Assembly (NCBI GenBank): GCA_037444485.1
Contig: JBBIMI010000003.1
Span: forward strand, 1,461-65,460
DNA: 64,000 nt
Origin: Candidatus Micrarchaeota archaeon
GTDB lineage: Archaea; Micrarchaeota; Micrarchaeia; Norongarragalinales; Norongarragalinaceae
Reading direction: 5' to 3'
A program made the translations under genes and the position numbers. Positions within the stretch are counted from its first letter, which is position 1, and every line of letters starts with the position of its first letter. Below, piece by piece: positions 27,763 to 37,918 of the stretch. The notes under the pieces are model-generated. The model saw only the letters and a program-made list of their open reading frames with translations, ran no database searches and had not been told where the DNA came from.

Positions 27763-28665
27763 TCAGCATACCAGCATCTTGCCTCCAACAATCAAAAAAC
27801 TGAGCCACTTCCCGATTTCGTAAACGAGAAGCGTTCCTAAAACCATTAACGGGGCGTACAATATATATTTTATTGCTTTACCATCGCGAATGATTCCAAG
27901 CGCGACCGCTGTTACAATGCTTTGAAAGATTAGGAAAAGCACGAGCAAGAGGTTCAAGTCACACAAGTTGCGCGTTGGTGCTTGCGGAAGCGCACCAGCA
28001 ATGCCTTGATTAATGTAATTAACTATGCTTACAGTAAAACCAAAGATGAAGGGCGCGAGCAACAGCGAAGAAGTAATCAGGAAAATTACGTGCATTGTAG
28101 TGCGCGAGTAACGCTCGCGCTTGATGCGTGAAACGTCGCGCGCGTCTTCAGCTATTTCAGTCAACACGTCAGCGACTCCGGCGCCAGCGCGCCGCGCGTC
28201 GACGACGATGAGTGCAGCGCGTTGAAAAAGCACCGAGCCGGTGATTTTAGCTGTTTCAGCGAAAACGTCGTCAAACGCTTTTCCTTCACGTAGTTTCTTG
28301 AACGCGATTTTTAGTTCCTCGCTCAAAGGCCCGTAACCTGCTGCCGAAACTTCGGATACTGCAGCTTCGGTGGTGCCGCCGGCTTTAAGCACGAGCGCCA
28401 TGTGCTTCAACGCGTCAGGCAGGCTTTCCTCAATTTGAGTAATGCGCGTGTTCCTCGCATTCACCGGAATCGCGATTACTAAACTCATTACTGCGACGAA
28501 CGCCGCGATTGCTGTGACTAGGTTAAGTCGTAATAGCAACAAAACTGCGGTTAATACTAGAGCTATCACGAAAAACAAGGCGATGAACGCCTTGAATGAA
28601 AGACGGATGCCGGTCCCGGCATAGTATAATTCCAGGTTTTCCACGTATTCCCGTAATGAAACCAA
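27763..28665 (-). CDS. Type IV pilus platform protein (TadC/T2SS-F family)
   Basis: IEESLPDAL..KAG..YGPLSEE; multiple TM helices. Confidence 0.92.
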   Translation of the reverse strand: MVSLREYVENLELYYAGTGIRLSFKAFIALFFVIALVLTAVLLLLRLNLVTAIAAFVAVMSLVIAIPVNARNTRITQIEESLPDALKHMALVLKAGGTTEAAVSEVSAAGYGPLSEELKIAFKKLREGKAFDDVFAETAKITGSVLFQRAALIVVDARRAGAGVADVLTEIAEDARDVSRIKRERYSRTTMHVIFLITSSLLLAPFIFGFTVSIVNYINQGIAGALPQAPTRNLCDLNLLLVLFLIFQSIVTAVALGIIRDGKAIKYILYAPLMVLGTLLVYEIGKWLSFLIVGGKMLVC

Positions 28666-28716
28666 AAAAATTATTCACCGTCTTGCCATATTCACTGCCT
28701 TACCATATTCACTGCC

Positions 28717-29826
28717 TTACCAAGCTGCTGGCTCCATCTGCTTCGTAATGTATAGTATTATCACCATTCCGAATGCGATTCCGCCGAACGCCAAATAAAT
28801 AAAGTACGCCGGCAAGCCGGCTGCGAATAACGGAATCTGGAGAATTGCTGAAATGATTGTTGCCGCTACTGGCGCGACCACCGCAACCATTATGAAGAGA
28901 ATGTTCACGAAATTCAGTTTTTCCGTAAAATCGCGGATTTTCATGCGTGTTTCGAAACTAACGTCTTGCGCGATGTCGTTAATAATGTCACTCAAACTCC
29001 CGCCAGTCTTAATGGAACGCACGATTTGCGTTACAGCTCGCTTCAAGCTCTTCGAACGCGTCCTGCGCGCCAAACGCGTTAACGCTTCCTCGGTGCTTAA
29101 ACCCCGTTCTAAATCGCTTAAAAGTTTCTCGAACTCGTAACTCAACACTCCGTAACCAGCGCCAGCAACTGAAACAATTGCCTTGTGGAACGTTACTCCA
29201 GCGCGCACTTGAGTAGAAATCTGTCGCAACGCGAACGGCAGCGCGCGGTCAATCTTTAACGCCCTCGAGTTCGCTTTCGCAACAAGCAAGAAAAACGACG
29301 AAAACGCGACGAAAAACAAGACGATGAATGCCGCGAGCGGCGCAAGCGCTGCAAAAAGCGAGTCGTTCAACGCGAGCGCTAGAGCGCCGAACGCGATGAA
29401 AACCATTATTCCCGCGAGGAACGCAGTCGCACTTGACGCGATGAGGAAAGCTTCAACACTCATGTTTACGCCCGCGCTTTCAAGCAAGTCCCTCAACTCG
29501 CGTGACGCCGGCATCTTCGACAAGAAAACAGCTAACGCATCAATGGGGGCGTGCAGCAACGCGTAAAAACCGCGCATGAACGCAGGCAGTCCAGTAAGCT
29601 GCTTGCTGGATTCGAATGCTTTTTCGCTTTCCGCAGCGCCAGCTTCACGTTTTCGAAAAACTAGTGTTTCAGTCTTTAACTGTGGTGCGACTGCAGGCGT
29701 CCTGCTTTTAAGTCTCGACACTATTTCAGAAACCTTTATTTGAGGCGCTTCTTCTTCAAAGCTTTTCTTTTTTTCAATGAATTCCTTGATTTTCTTTAAG
29801 CGGTCCAGTTTCTCTTTCTCAGGCAA
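28717..29826 (-). CDS. Type IV pilus platform protein (TadB/C, T2SS-F family)
   Basis: IDRALPFALRQ..RAG..YGVLSYEF..TGGSL. Confidence 0.92.
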   Translation of the reverse strand: MPEKEKLDRLKKIKEFIEKKKSFEEEAPQIKVSEIVSRLKSRTPAVAPQLKTETLVFRKREAGAAESEKAFESSKQLTGLPAFMRGFYALLHAPIDALAVFLSKMPASRELRDLLESAGVNMSVEAFLIASSATAFLAGIMVFIAFGALALALNDSLFAALAPLAAFIVLFFVAFSSFFLLVAKANSRALKIDRALPFALRQISTQVRAGVTFHKAIVSVAGAGYGVLSYEFEKLLSDLERGLSTEEALTRLARRTRSKSLKRAVTQIVRSIKTGGSLSDIINDIAQDVSFETRMKIRDFTEKLNFVNILFIMVAVVAPVAATIISAILQIPLFAAGLPAYFIYLAFGGIAFGMVIILYITKQMEPAAW

Positions 29827-29891
29827 CCATCACACCTTCATCAAGCACTTACCTCAAAAACATTCAACCTTAAACACTTTCAACGCTTGCC

Positions 29892-31460
29892 TTAAATCAA
29901 ATCCATTCGTTTTTTTGTGATGTAGTATTGAGTCGTTTCGCATACTTCTGTTTGAGTGGTGACGCCCCGCGCATTCAAATCACGCAAGATTTTCTCGCGT
30001 TCGAGGCGTTCTTTCTCTAACTCGTTTTCATCCAATCCAGTATACTTTTTGAGGTTCTGCCAAAAAACGCTTTTCACGCCAGTCGCGAAAAACTCGTCTT
30101 TCACTGGGTCCCACGCGTATAGAACCTGCAAGTTCGGCTTTCCGTCCTCTAAGCCAGTGAGTTCAGCTAGTTCAGTAACCCTGCGGATTGTCCCAAAACG
30201 CCTGTCGTGAACGCGGTTTTGCATTAAAATAAAGTTGAGTGGCGCGAGCATCACGTTTGGAACGTTTATTGGCGGGTTACTCAAGCGGATGAGGGTCTCT
30301 TGCGCTGAGTTCGCGTGCACCGTGCCCATAGCGCCGCGGTGGCCAATATTCATCGCGCTGAACAACGTATAACCTTCAGCGCCCCTGATTTCGCCTACTA
30401 TCACGCGGTCTGGCCGCATCCTCAACGCGTTCTTGAGCAACATATTCAAATCGATTTCTCCTGTTCCCTCAGGCGAAGGCGGACGCGCTTCGCAGCGAAT
30501 CCAGTGTTCGAGTGGCAGGTTCAATTCCGCGGTTTCTTCAATTGTGAGAACGCGTTCGCTGTTAGGCACGAAAGAACACAAGACGTTCAAGCTCGACGTT
30601 TTTCCGCTTGCAGTGCCGCCCGCAATCAAGATGTTTGCAGGCAATGCGCCGAGTCCGTCGACAGCCATCCACAAGAAGGAAGCGATTTCGTAATTCAGTG
30701 TCTTAAAGTTAATTAAATCTATCACGCTTAAGGGCGCGCGGCGGAACTTACGCAGCGTGAGCGTCGGGCCGTCTATAGTCGCGGGCGGCAGCGTAGCGTT
30801 AACGCGAGTGCCGTCCTTGAGTCTCGCATCCATTAACGGGCTCTGCACGTCAATCCGCCTACCGATGCCTCTCGCGATTCTGTCAATCAAGTCAACGATG
30901 TCTTTTTCTTCGTAAAAAACGACGTTTGTCTTCATCATGTCGTACTTCCTGTGAAAAACGTAGACAGGCTTGTTTGGGCCTACAACCATTATTTCTTCTA
31001 AACTGTCGTCTTGCACGAGTGGGTCAACGATCCCGTACCCAACCATTTCACGCACTACCGCCTCAGCGTAAAACTGCTTCAAGTGAGTCGGCACATTCAA
31101 CTCCGGCGTCGAGTTAATTATTTCCAGAACGCGTTGCAAGTACTTCCGCCTCGCTTCCTCAGGCGTTAAACCAAGCATTGTTTCCGGCGGAATCACGCCA
31201 ATCGCGATGTCGATGAGCGCGGTGATAAGCTGTTTTTCGCCGCCCCTATAGTGCGGAGTCGGAATCTCGTAAAGCAACAACGGCTCGCCGAGTTTCTTGT
31301 AAATGCGTACTTCGCCGTAAGACTCAACTAGAATCTTTTTGCCTTCTTCACCGCGCGGTGGAGTAGGCGGCAAAGGCGTGATTGGACTCGGCGCAAGCGC
31401 TGTTGACGCCATTCTCTTTTTTTCTTTAGCTTCCTTCAACAACTCTTCCAAGTAAGACAT
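29892..31460 (-). CDS. Type IV pilus assembly ATPase (CpaF/TadA family)
   Basis: GGTASGKT, IEETAEL, LRMRPDRVIVGEIRG, GH..TVHA. Confidence 0.95.
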   Translation of the reverse strand: MSYLEELLKEAKEKKRMASTALAPSPITPLPPTPPRGEEGKKILVESYGEVRIYKKLGEPLLLYEIPTPHYRGGEKQLITALIDIAIGVIPPETMLGLTPEEARRKYLQRVLEIINSTPELNVPTHLKQFYAEAVVREMVGYGIVDPLVQDDSLEEIMVVGPNKPVYVFHRKYDMMKTNVVFYEEKDIVDLIDRIARGIGRRIDVQSPLMDARLKDGTRVNATLPPATIDGPTLTLRKFRRAPLSVIDLINFKTLNYEIASFLWMAVDGLGALPANILIAGGTASGKTSSLNVLCSFVPNSERVLTIEETAELNLPLEHWIRCEARPPSPEGTGEIDLNMLLKNALRMRPDRVIVGEIRGAEGYTLFSAMNIGHRGAMGTVHANSAQETLIRLSNPPINVPNVMLAPLNFILMQNRVHDRRFGTIRRVTELAELTGLEDGKPNLQVLYAWDPVKDEFFATGVKSVFWQNLKKYTGLDENELEKERLEREKILRDLNARGVTTQTEVCETTQYYITKKRMDLI

Positions 31461-31524
31461 AAAAAAAGCTACGCTGACGCGATTAATAAAAGTTTATTTA
31501 CGATTCGCAAAACAGATTCAACGC

Positions 31525-31658
31525 GCTCGACAACGAACCTACGCCAACAACAAAACAAAACAAAAAAAACAAAACAAACAACGAAACAAAACAAAACAAA
31601 ACAAACAACGAAACAAAACAAACAACGAAAAAACAATGAACCCGAGAGATTCGACAAT
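31525..31658. repeat. C/A-rich low-complexity tract related to 9875-10033
   Basis: CTCGACAAC, GCCAACAACAAAACAAAA, (AAAAC)n, ACCCGAGAGATTCGACAA. Confidence 0.75.
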
Positions 31659-31710
31659 TGAATTAAATAGACTCAATGGACTGAGTGAATTCAAGTGCTA
31701 GTTGATTCAC

Positions 31711-32763
31711 TTAACTTGAAACTGCGAGCGTGACGGGAATCCGAAACGTCTTGCAGGGCGTCACTATAGTCAACTGTCCGACGAGCGATTCGCTTACTGA
31801 CTCCGGCACATTGATTGACAACGCCAAAAAGTTTTTCTCGCCCGGCTTGATTGGCGACTCGTCCTCGAAACGCGCTTGCCCGATTGCAGCAATGTCTCCG
31901 GCGAGCGAAACGTCGGCATTAGAAATCGCGACTTCCCCCGCTTTTCCAGCGTTTTCGAAAGAAATAATTTCCTTGAACGACTCTCCGCGCTTAACGCTTG
32001 CGGAAATGCTTTCAGGCGAAACACGCAAGTCAGGCGGCGTGACTGCGCTTGCAGCTAGTGGAACGCTCTTGCGCGTGAACTTTATGCGCGCGCTCCCAGT
32101 TTTCTGACCGACTTCACCTTGCGGGAATAAGACTGTCGCCTCAACTGTTTCACGCGCGCTTGACTCTATAATCGTTTTCTTTGACGCGAGGGTTTTGAAA
32201 GCGCCTTCGCCGACGAGCTCGACTTCAACTGCGTTGACGCCGTTGTTGACTACGTCGAAAAAAAGTTTTTGCGGGCACGAGGCTGGAATCACTTGCGGCG
32301 CGCTTTTGACGCTCAAGTCGACGTCGAGGTTGCGCTCTAATTCCAGCGTCCTGCTCGCTTCCTCGCCCGACTCTAGGAAAACGGAATCTATTTTTTTCTT
32401 GAAGGCGTCTCCAGCGTCGACTTCAATGCTTAAGCTCGCTTTCGACGGCAAGCTTGAAAAAACCACTATGCCGGCCTCGTTAGAGTAATCAGTGTTGATT
32501 AAAGAACCGTCTGGCGCGAGCACCGAAACTTGCGCGCCTGCAACAGCGTTTCCGGAATCGAGTTCACGCAACGAGAGCGAGAGCGACGCAGGCCTTGGAA
32601 TAAGAAAAAAGAGCGCAAGAATGATTGCGATTACTGCTGTGGCCACGCCTATTTTCAGTAAACCAATTTTTTTTACTGCCGGCTTTACAGCTTCAATTAA
32701 CGCAGTAAAGCGGTCTCTAACATCGTTTAAAACCGACGGTTTTTCGAAGTATTCCTCTTCCAT
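31711..32763 (-). CDS. Membrane-anchored protein with Ig-like/carboxypeptidase-regulatory-like beta domains
   Basis: Single N-terminal TM; SGNAVAGAQV pattern; beta-rich repeats; upstream of the pilus ATPase. Confidence 0.75.
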   Translation of the reverse strand: MEEEYFEKPSVLNDVRDRFTALIEAVKPAVKKIGLLKIGVATAVIAIILALFFLIPRPASLSLSLRELDSGNAVAGAQVSVLAPDGSLINTDYSNEAGIVVFSSLPSKASLSIEVDAGDAFKKKIDSVFLESGEEASRTLELERNLDVDLSVKSAPQVIPASCPQKLFFDVVNNGVNAVEVELVGEGAFKTLASKKTIIESSARETVEATVLFPQGEVGQKTGSARIKFTRKSVPLAASAVTPPDLRVSPESISASVKRGESFKEIISFENAGKAGEVAISNADVSLAGDIAAIGQARFEDESPIKPGEKNFLALSINVPESVSESLVGQLTIVTPCKTFRIPVTLAVSS

Positions 32764-32948
32764 CCCAAAAAACCTTTTGAAAACCTTTTGTTGCCGAAAA
32801 ATAAAGGTTGTTAAAAAAAAATAAGGTTGCGCGCGCTTAAAAAACCGTTCTTTTTCTTCAGCCTTTAATCCCCGTTTATCCCACTCGTCCCCGTTTTTCT
32901 TGTTCTCCTTATTTTTTCTTCAAGAATTTTTTTCAATTTTTTCTCCAA

Positions 32949-34823
32949 TCAAGTTTTTTCTTCAAGAATTTTTTTTAATTCTTCAGCATCCACCCGCAGC
33001 CTGTGCTCGCGCATTACTAGTTCGAACGCGTTCGGCTTGCCGCGAAAGCCGGCTGCCAAAGCCTCCAACGCTCGTCCTGAAACGCGCCGCAAGTTTTTCT
33101 CTGCAATCACTTTCTCCACGCTCTCGCTGGGCGCAAAGCAAAGCGCTTTCAATAGTTCAGGGACAGCCGCGCGCGTGATTTCGCCTGACGCGAAAGCGTC
33201 GAAAACGCTTTTCAAAACATTTTCGTCGAGCGCGCGCGTGCCGCAACCTCCGCGTTTGAGCGCGACGAGCGTTTCCAAGAGCGTGAATGCGATGAACCGC
33301 GCGTTTTTTTCTCCTGCGCGCGTGCCTGCAACGAGTTTTTCGAACAACTGTTTTTGCGGTGACGCCAGCATTCTATTGGCGAGTTCAAAATTTAATCCCA
33401 ACTTTAACAACCGCTTCCGCTCGTCCGCTAAGGAAACTGTTTTTATTTCAGAAAAAAGTTTTTTGTCAACGCGCGTCGGCACAACGTCGGTCTCAGGATA
33501 CATTCGCGCCGCGCCTGGCAGCGGACGCATGAAAACGCTTGCTTCACCTTCCGCGCGCCGAGTTTCCTCGGGAACACGTTCACGCAACAATCTCGCGCGC
33601 GACAACACAGCGTTCAACGCGGTTACAGCAACGCGTTTTTCGCCTGCGACGAGCGCCCACGCGTCGCCGGCAGTGCAGGCGGTGGCTTGCGAGACGAGCG
33701 CGTACTCGCGCGAGAGCGCGTACTTCGCTGGGTCTTCGTCGCTGTGAATCAAGCCGCGCGTTCCACTAGCTGCTCGCGCGTAGTCGGCGAGTTCGCTGCC
33801 AAGCGTTTTTCCAGGAAAAAGCTCTCGTTCAAGCAACCCGTGTAGTCCGTCTAAGCGAACCGCGAGGACGACGCCGCCTCGTGAAATTGTTTGTTTTAAA
33901 AACTTGTTTTCAGTCTTCGCGAAAACTCGAGTGACGTCAACAATTTTTTTTTCAGCGTTTTTTCCAGCGAACGCGGGCTTGCGTGACAACTGCTTGCACA
34001 ACTCTAATAGTGAAAGCTGGCGGCGCACTTCGTTCTCAATTATTTTCGGAATGTTTTTTAGTTCTTGAACACCTTTGATTTCGACGCGCGCGCCTTGAGC
34101 GATGGAAACATTCAAGTCTTGGCGTATAGAGCCAATGCCGCGCTGCATTCCACCCGTGTTGCGTAACACGAGGCCGATTGTTTCAGCTGTTTCGCGCGCG
34201 TGCTCACCATCTTGAAGAGAAGCGTCCGTAGCGATTTCCACGAGCGGGATTCCTTGGCGGTCGAGACGGTACACGACTTCACCTTCACGTTGTTCTACTA
34301 TTCCAGCGCTTTCTTCTTCAAGAGAAATCGTTTGCACGCCAACCTGGCCGCGCGTTGTTTCAATAAAACCGTTCACTCCGACGAGCGCTGTTCGCTGAAA
34401 ACCGCTGACTGCACTCCCGTCAACTATGGTTTTACGCATTACGTGAATCTCGTCTACTGGAGTCGCGTTAAGCGCTTTAGTCACGGTGAGCGCAACTGCA
34501 AGCGCTTGAGCGTTTAAAGAGTGCGGTGGTTCTTCGTCTAACTCGACCAGACAACTCGAGTCTCGGGGCGCTAGGTAGACGAACCTCGTTTTTTTCCCAG
34601 CTTCGAAAGCTGCGGCCGGGTCTACAGCGCCGAGTTCGCCGACGACCGGGCGCAGGAAACGCGTGACGCGAACGCACTCGCGCTCGTTTAACTCGTTCAT
34701 CCACTCTTCATGCTCGCCTGCAGTTTCGCTGGGATTCGCGTAACAGCCGCAGAAGAGTTTTTTCGAGTCGATGCGTTGATGGATTTCTATGCCTGCCTTG
34801 AAGCCGAAGCGAGAGTAGTCCAT
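32949..34823 (-). CDS. gatE: Glu-tRNA(Gln) amidotransferase subunit E
   Basis: GIEIHQ, DEEPPH, MRKTIVDGS..GFQRT, GSIRQDLNVSI, RPLPGAARMYPETD. Confidence 0.96.
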   Translation of the reverse strand: MDYSRFGFKAGIEIHQRIDSKKLFCGCYANPSETAGEHEEWMNELNERECVRVTRFLRPVVGELGAVDPAAAFEAGKKTRFVYLAPRDSSCLVELDEEPPHSLNAQALAVALTVTKALNATPVDEIHVMRKTIVDGSAVSGFQRTALVGVNGFIETTRGQVGVQTISLEEESAGIVEQREGEVVYRLDRQGIPLVEIATDASLQDGEHARETAETIGLVLRNTGGMQRGIGSIRQDLNVSIAQGARVEIKGVQELKNIPKIIENEVRRQLSLLELCKQLSRKPAFAGKNAEKKIVDVTRVFAKTENKFLKQTISRGGVVLAVRLDGLHGLLERELFPGKTLGSELADYARAASGTRGLIHSDEDPAKYALSREYALVSQATACTAGDAWALVAGEKRVAVTALNAVLSRARLLRERVPEETRRAEGEASVFMRPLPGAARMYPETDVVPTRVDKKLFSEIKTVSLADERKRLLKLGLNFELANRMLASPQKQLFEKLVAGTRAGEKNARFIAFTLLETLVALKRGGCGTRALDENVLKSVFDAFASGEITRAAVPELLKALCFAPSESVEKVIAEKNLRRVSGRALEALAAGFRGKPNAFELVMREHRLRVDAEELKKILEEKT

Positions 34824-34920
34824 GAAAGAAAATACGTTAAACTAGTTAATAACTTGTCGATTTAACTAGTCGATTCGCAAGGATTCTCAGGATTCTCGGG
34901 GATTGGCAGGGATTCGCGAG

Positions 34921-36231
34921 TCAAGCTGCTAGAACGTTGTCCACAAGCCATTCCGCGTTAAAGTCACGTAAGTCGGAATACTCTTGGCCAACACCAACGA
35001 AGAGCACTGGAAGTTTTGATTCGAAGGCGATGCTGAAAACCCCGCCGCCTTTCGCGTCGCAATCGAGTTTCGTGAGCACTATCGCGTCCACACCGACTTT
35101 CTCTTTGAAAGTCTTGACTTGTTCGACGAGCGCGTGTCCTGCGAGCGCTTCACCCACGAAAACCCGCAAGTCAGGCTTAATAACCCGATTCATTTTCTCC
35201 ATTTCCTTCACGAGGTTAAAATTCGTTTCCTGCCGTCCGGCAGTGTCAACGAGAACGACGTTCACGCCGTTCGCGCGCGCATGCGCTACTGCATCGAAAG
35301 CGACGGCAGTCGGGTCAGCGCCGTAAGCGTGCTTGACGACTTTCACGCCCAGCTTTTCACCGTGGTGTACTGCTTGCTCGATTGCCGCAGCGCGAAAACT
35401 ATCGCTCGCTGAAATCACGCTTGAAAAACCTTTTTCGCGCAAAAAAGCAACGATTTTCGCGATCGTTGTCGTCTTGCCTGAACCATTCGGTCCTAGAAAT
35501 AAAATTACGTAGGGCTCTCGCGAAACGCGTTTTCGCTTTATTTCTTCAACTAAATCTATTTTTTTTCGCGGAAACAAGTCCAGCAATGCGTTGCGCACTT
35601 CAGTTCGCACTTCGCTTGCAAGCGCGTTTTTCGCGATTCTTTTGCCAACGAGCCGTTTTTGTAAATCGCCGAGCAAGAATTGCGTTGCTTCGAATGAGAC
35701 GTCGCTTTCAAGCAGCGCTACTTCTAGGTCTTTGAGGAATGGTTGCACGTCGTTTTTTGAAATGTTGACTTCACTTGAAACCAGTGATTTGACGCGTGAA
35801 AGCAAGCTGAGTTTGGGTTTGAGTTCTTTTTTTTCTTCCCTAACTTCAAAATAATGTTTTTCTTTCTCTTTTTCGCGTTCCCCTCCACCCTCAAATTTTT
35901 TTCCTGCTTCCGCTTCAACGCGTTCAGCCTCCACGCGTTCGCCTGCCACGCATTCGCCTGCCACGCGTTCAGCTTCAGCGGCAACGGCTCGCGTTTCCAC
36001 CGTCTTGTCGCGCGCTGGTTCGCGCGCTACTACTTCGTGCGCGGCTTCGCGTGCTGCTTCGCGGCGCGCTTCTTCAAGAATTTCTTCTTCAACGCTTTTT
36101 CGCGTTTCCGCACCGTGTTTTGCTTCAAGTGGAGCGGCGGGAGTGGCTGGCGCTGCCTGCGTCGCTTCTTGTTTCTTGGCGACTATTCCGTCAATAAAAT
36201 TTTTCAACTTGTTTTTCAAAAGACCAAACAT
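34921..36231 (-). CDS. ftsY: SRP receptor FtsY
   Basis: GPNGSGKTTT, DSFRAAA, DTAGR, TKLD..KGG; acidic repetitive N-terminus. Confidence 0.96.
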   Translation of the reverse strand: MFGLLKNKLKNFIDGIVAKKQEATQAAPATPAAPLEAKHGAETRKSVEEEILEEARREAAREAAHEVVAREPARDKTVETRAVAAEAERVAGECVAGERVEAERVEAEAGKKFEGGGEREKEKEKHYFEVREEKKELKPKLSLLSRVKSLVSSEVNISKNDVQPFLKDLEVALLESDVSFEATQFLLGDLQKRLVGKRIAKNALASEVRTEVRNALLDLFPRKKIDLVEEIKRKRVSREPYVILFLGPNGSGKTTTIAKIVAFLREKGFSSVISASDSFRAAAIEQAVHHGEKLGVKVVKHAYGADPTAVAFDAVAHARANGVNVVLVDTAGRQETNFNLVKEMEKMNRVIKPDLRVFVGEALAGHALVEQVKTFKEKVGVDAIVLTKLDCDAKGGGVFSIAFESKLPVLFVGVGQEYSDLRDFNAEWLVDNVLAA

Positions 36232-36289
36232 TTCCACTGCCTTTCGATGCTTAATAAAAAAAATTAATTACTAAAAATGAATTTGCTTG

Positions 36290-36470
36290 AATAAAAGAGC
36301 TTTGCCGAGAAAAAAGAATTGGGGAAAGAAATTAGGGAAAGAAATTCGAGGAAAAATAGATGCTAAAGGAAGAAATTAAGGAAAAGATTAGAAAGAAAAT
36401 TAAGGAAAAGAAAATTTGGGAATTAAGAAAAAAAATTCTATGAAAGAATTAAGAAAAAAATTCTAGGAAT
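36290..36470. repeat. A/G-rich degenerate tandem tract (GAAAGAAATTAAG-like units)
   Basis: Directly visible between pfdA and ftsY. Confidence 0.75.
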
Positions 36471-36905
36471 TCAAGTGCCTTCTGTTGCTTCCGCACTCAA
36501 TTCGCTTGCTTTTTCGTTCAACTCGTCCAACCGCGTTGCGACGGACTCGAGGGAAACGCTGAGTTCACCGAATAACTGTTCGAGCTTCTTCCTGCGTTCT
36601 GTTAAAAGCGCTTTCGCCTCGCTCGCGCTTTTCTCTGCGCTTACCCTCGCGCCCACGTCCGCGAGCACGCTGTCGGTTTTTGCGAGTGTCGCGCGGGCGA
36701 AAACGCCGGCGCCCAGCGGGAAAAGTGTTTCACTGCCTTTCGATTGCTGGAGCGCCTCAAGCGCCTTTACAGCTTCCGCGTTTTCGTCTAAAAGCGTTTG
36801 CACGGAGTATAATTGTTTTTGGAGTTCGCTTGCTTGCGCGCGCAAGTAATTTATTTCGTAAACTGTTTTCTGCAGCATTTTGTGTCTTTCCTGGTCGGAA
36901 ACCAT
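36471..36905 (-). CDS. pfdA: Prefoldin alpha subunit
   Basis: Coiled coils flanking LFPLGAGVF..DVGA; conserved gene context. Confidence 0.93.
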   Translation of the reverse strand: MVSDQERHKMLQKTVYEINYLRAQASELQKQLYSVQTLLDENAEAVKALEALQQSKGSETLFPLGAGVFARATLAKTDSVLADVGARVSAEKSASEAKALLTERRKKLEQLFGELSVSLESVATRLDELNEKASELSAEATEGT

Positions 36906-37184
36906 TTTATTTTCGCCTCTCTTTTATTTTCGCCTCTCTTTTCGCCTTCTCTTTTGCAGCAATTCCCGCAAATTATCGTGTTCTATTTTTGTTTATCACC
37001 GTTATTCATTGTTTTTCGTTACTGGCCGCGTTATTGCGTGTTCTGTCATTTTTATATTGTTTTTATTTAACGTGTTTTGTTTCGTGTTTTATTGTTTTCG
37101 TTACCAGCATTGTTTTTTTGCTTCGCTAGTTTTTTTTCACCGCGTTCCACTTTTTCATTGTTTGCCATCGTTTACTGGCGTTTT

Positions 37185-37853
37185 TTACTCGCCGCTTAGC
37201 GCTTCATAAATTCTTTGCACTTCAAAGCCCGTCGTCAACTCGCCTGCGAGTGCGCCCCGCGAGTTTGCTACTACTCCAAGCGCGTTGAATTCTACCCCCA
37301 TGTTGCAAGAACCGTTCAACGCGGGTGCTCTGAAAACTTTTTTTAAAAATTTTAGTTCGACTTCGCTTGCTTGGTTGAACACTAAAACGCCTTTGTTCGT
37401 CGCCACGCTTGAAGAACCCACTGTGTTCACGCCAGCGAGCGCTTGCTGAAAAACTTCAGCGCCAAGACAATCGCTGATTTCTGCAACCTCTTTTTTCGAC
37501 AACAACGGGCTCGCTAGCACGCCTTTATCGTTCGCGAGAATCAAGTTGCCTGGCGCGAAGGGGCTTGATAGGACGCACGCGTTCAAGCCTTCCTTGCACA
37601 GCAAGCGTTTTTCTTCTTCTTCCGCGAACGAAGGCAACACAACGCCGTTATTGTTTAACGCCAGCATTACTCCAAGCAAAGGCGATTGGTTTACAAACAA
37701 TTCGACGACGCGCGTTCCCAAAACGCTTTCCAACTGCGCGGCGTTTTTTTGCGGCAATCGCTTGGGCGCGAGTGAAAGCGAGTCGTTCGTCTTCAAGAAC
37801 AAGCCAATGAATGGATTGCGTTGAATGCTTGACTTCACTATTTTGAAACTCAA
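37185..37853 (-). CDS. eif6: Translation initiation factor 6
   Basis: NPFIG, GNLILANDKG, ATNKG, ANSRGA..TTGFE. Confidence 0.95.
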   Translation of the reverse strand: MSFKIVKSSIQRNPFIGLFLKTNDSLSLAPKRLPQKNAAQLESVLGTRVVELFVNQSPLLGVMLALNNNGVVLPSFAEEEEKRLLCKEGLNACVLSSPFAPGNLILANDKGVLASPLLSKKEVAEISDCLGAEVFQQALAGVNTVGSSSVATNKGVLVFNQASEVELKFLKKVFRAPALNGSCNMGVEFNALGVVANSRGALAGELTTGFEVQRIYEALSGE

Positions 37854-37918
37854 GAAAACAACCCTTTTTTTAACGACTTTTTTAAGGGAATTCTTGTTAC
37901 GGTTTTTTAAAGCTGTTT

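Noticed and set aside
36680..37209. Phe-rich plus-strand ORFs (also 2405-2713, 31469-31657 and 45004-45426 on the minus strand)
   Set aside because: Products of low-complexity T-rich tracts; they mimic TM segments but lack RBS and family signals.
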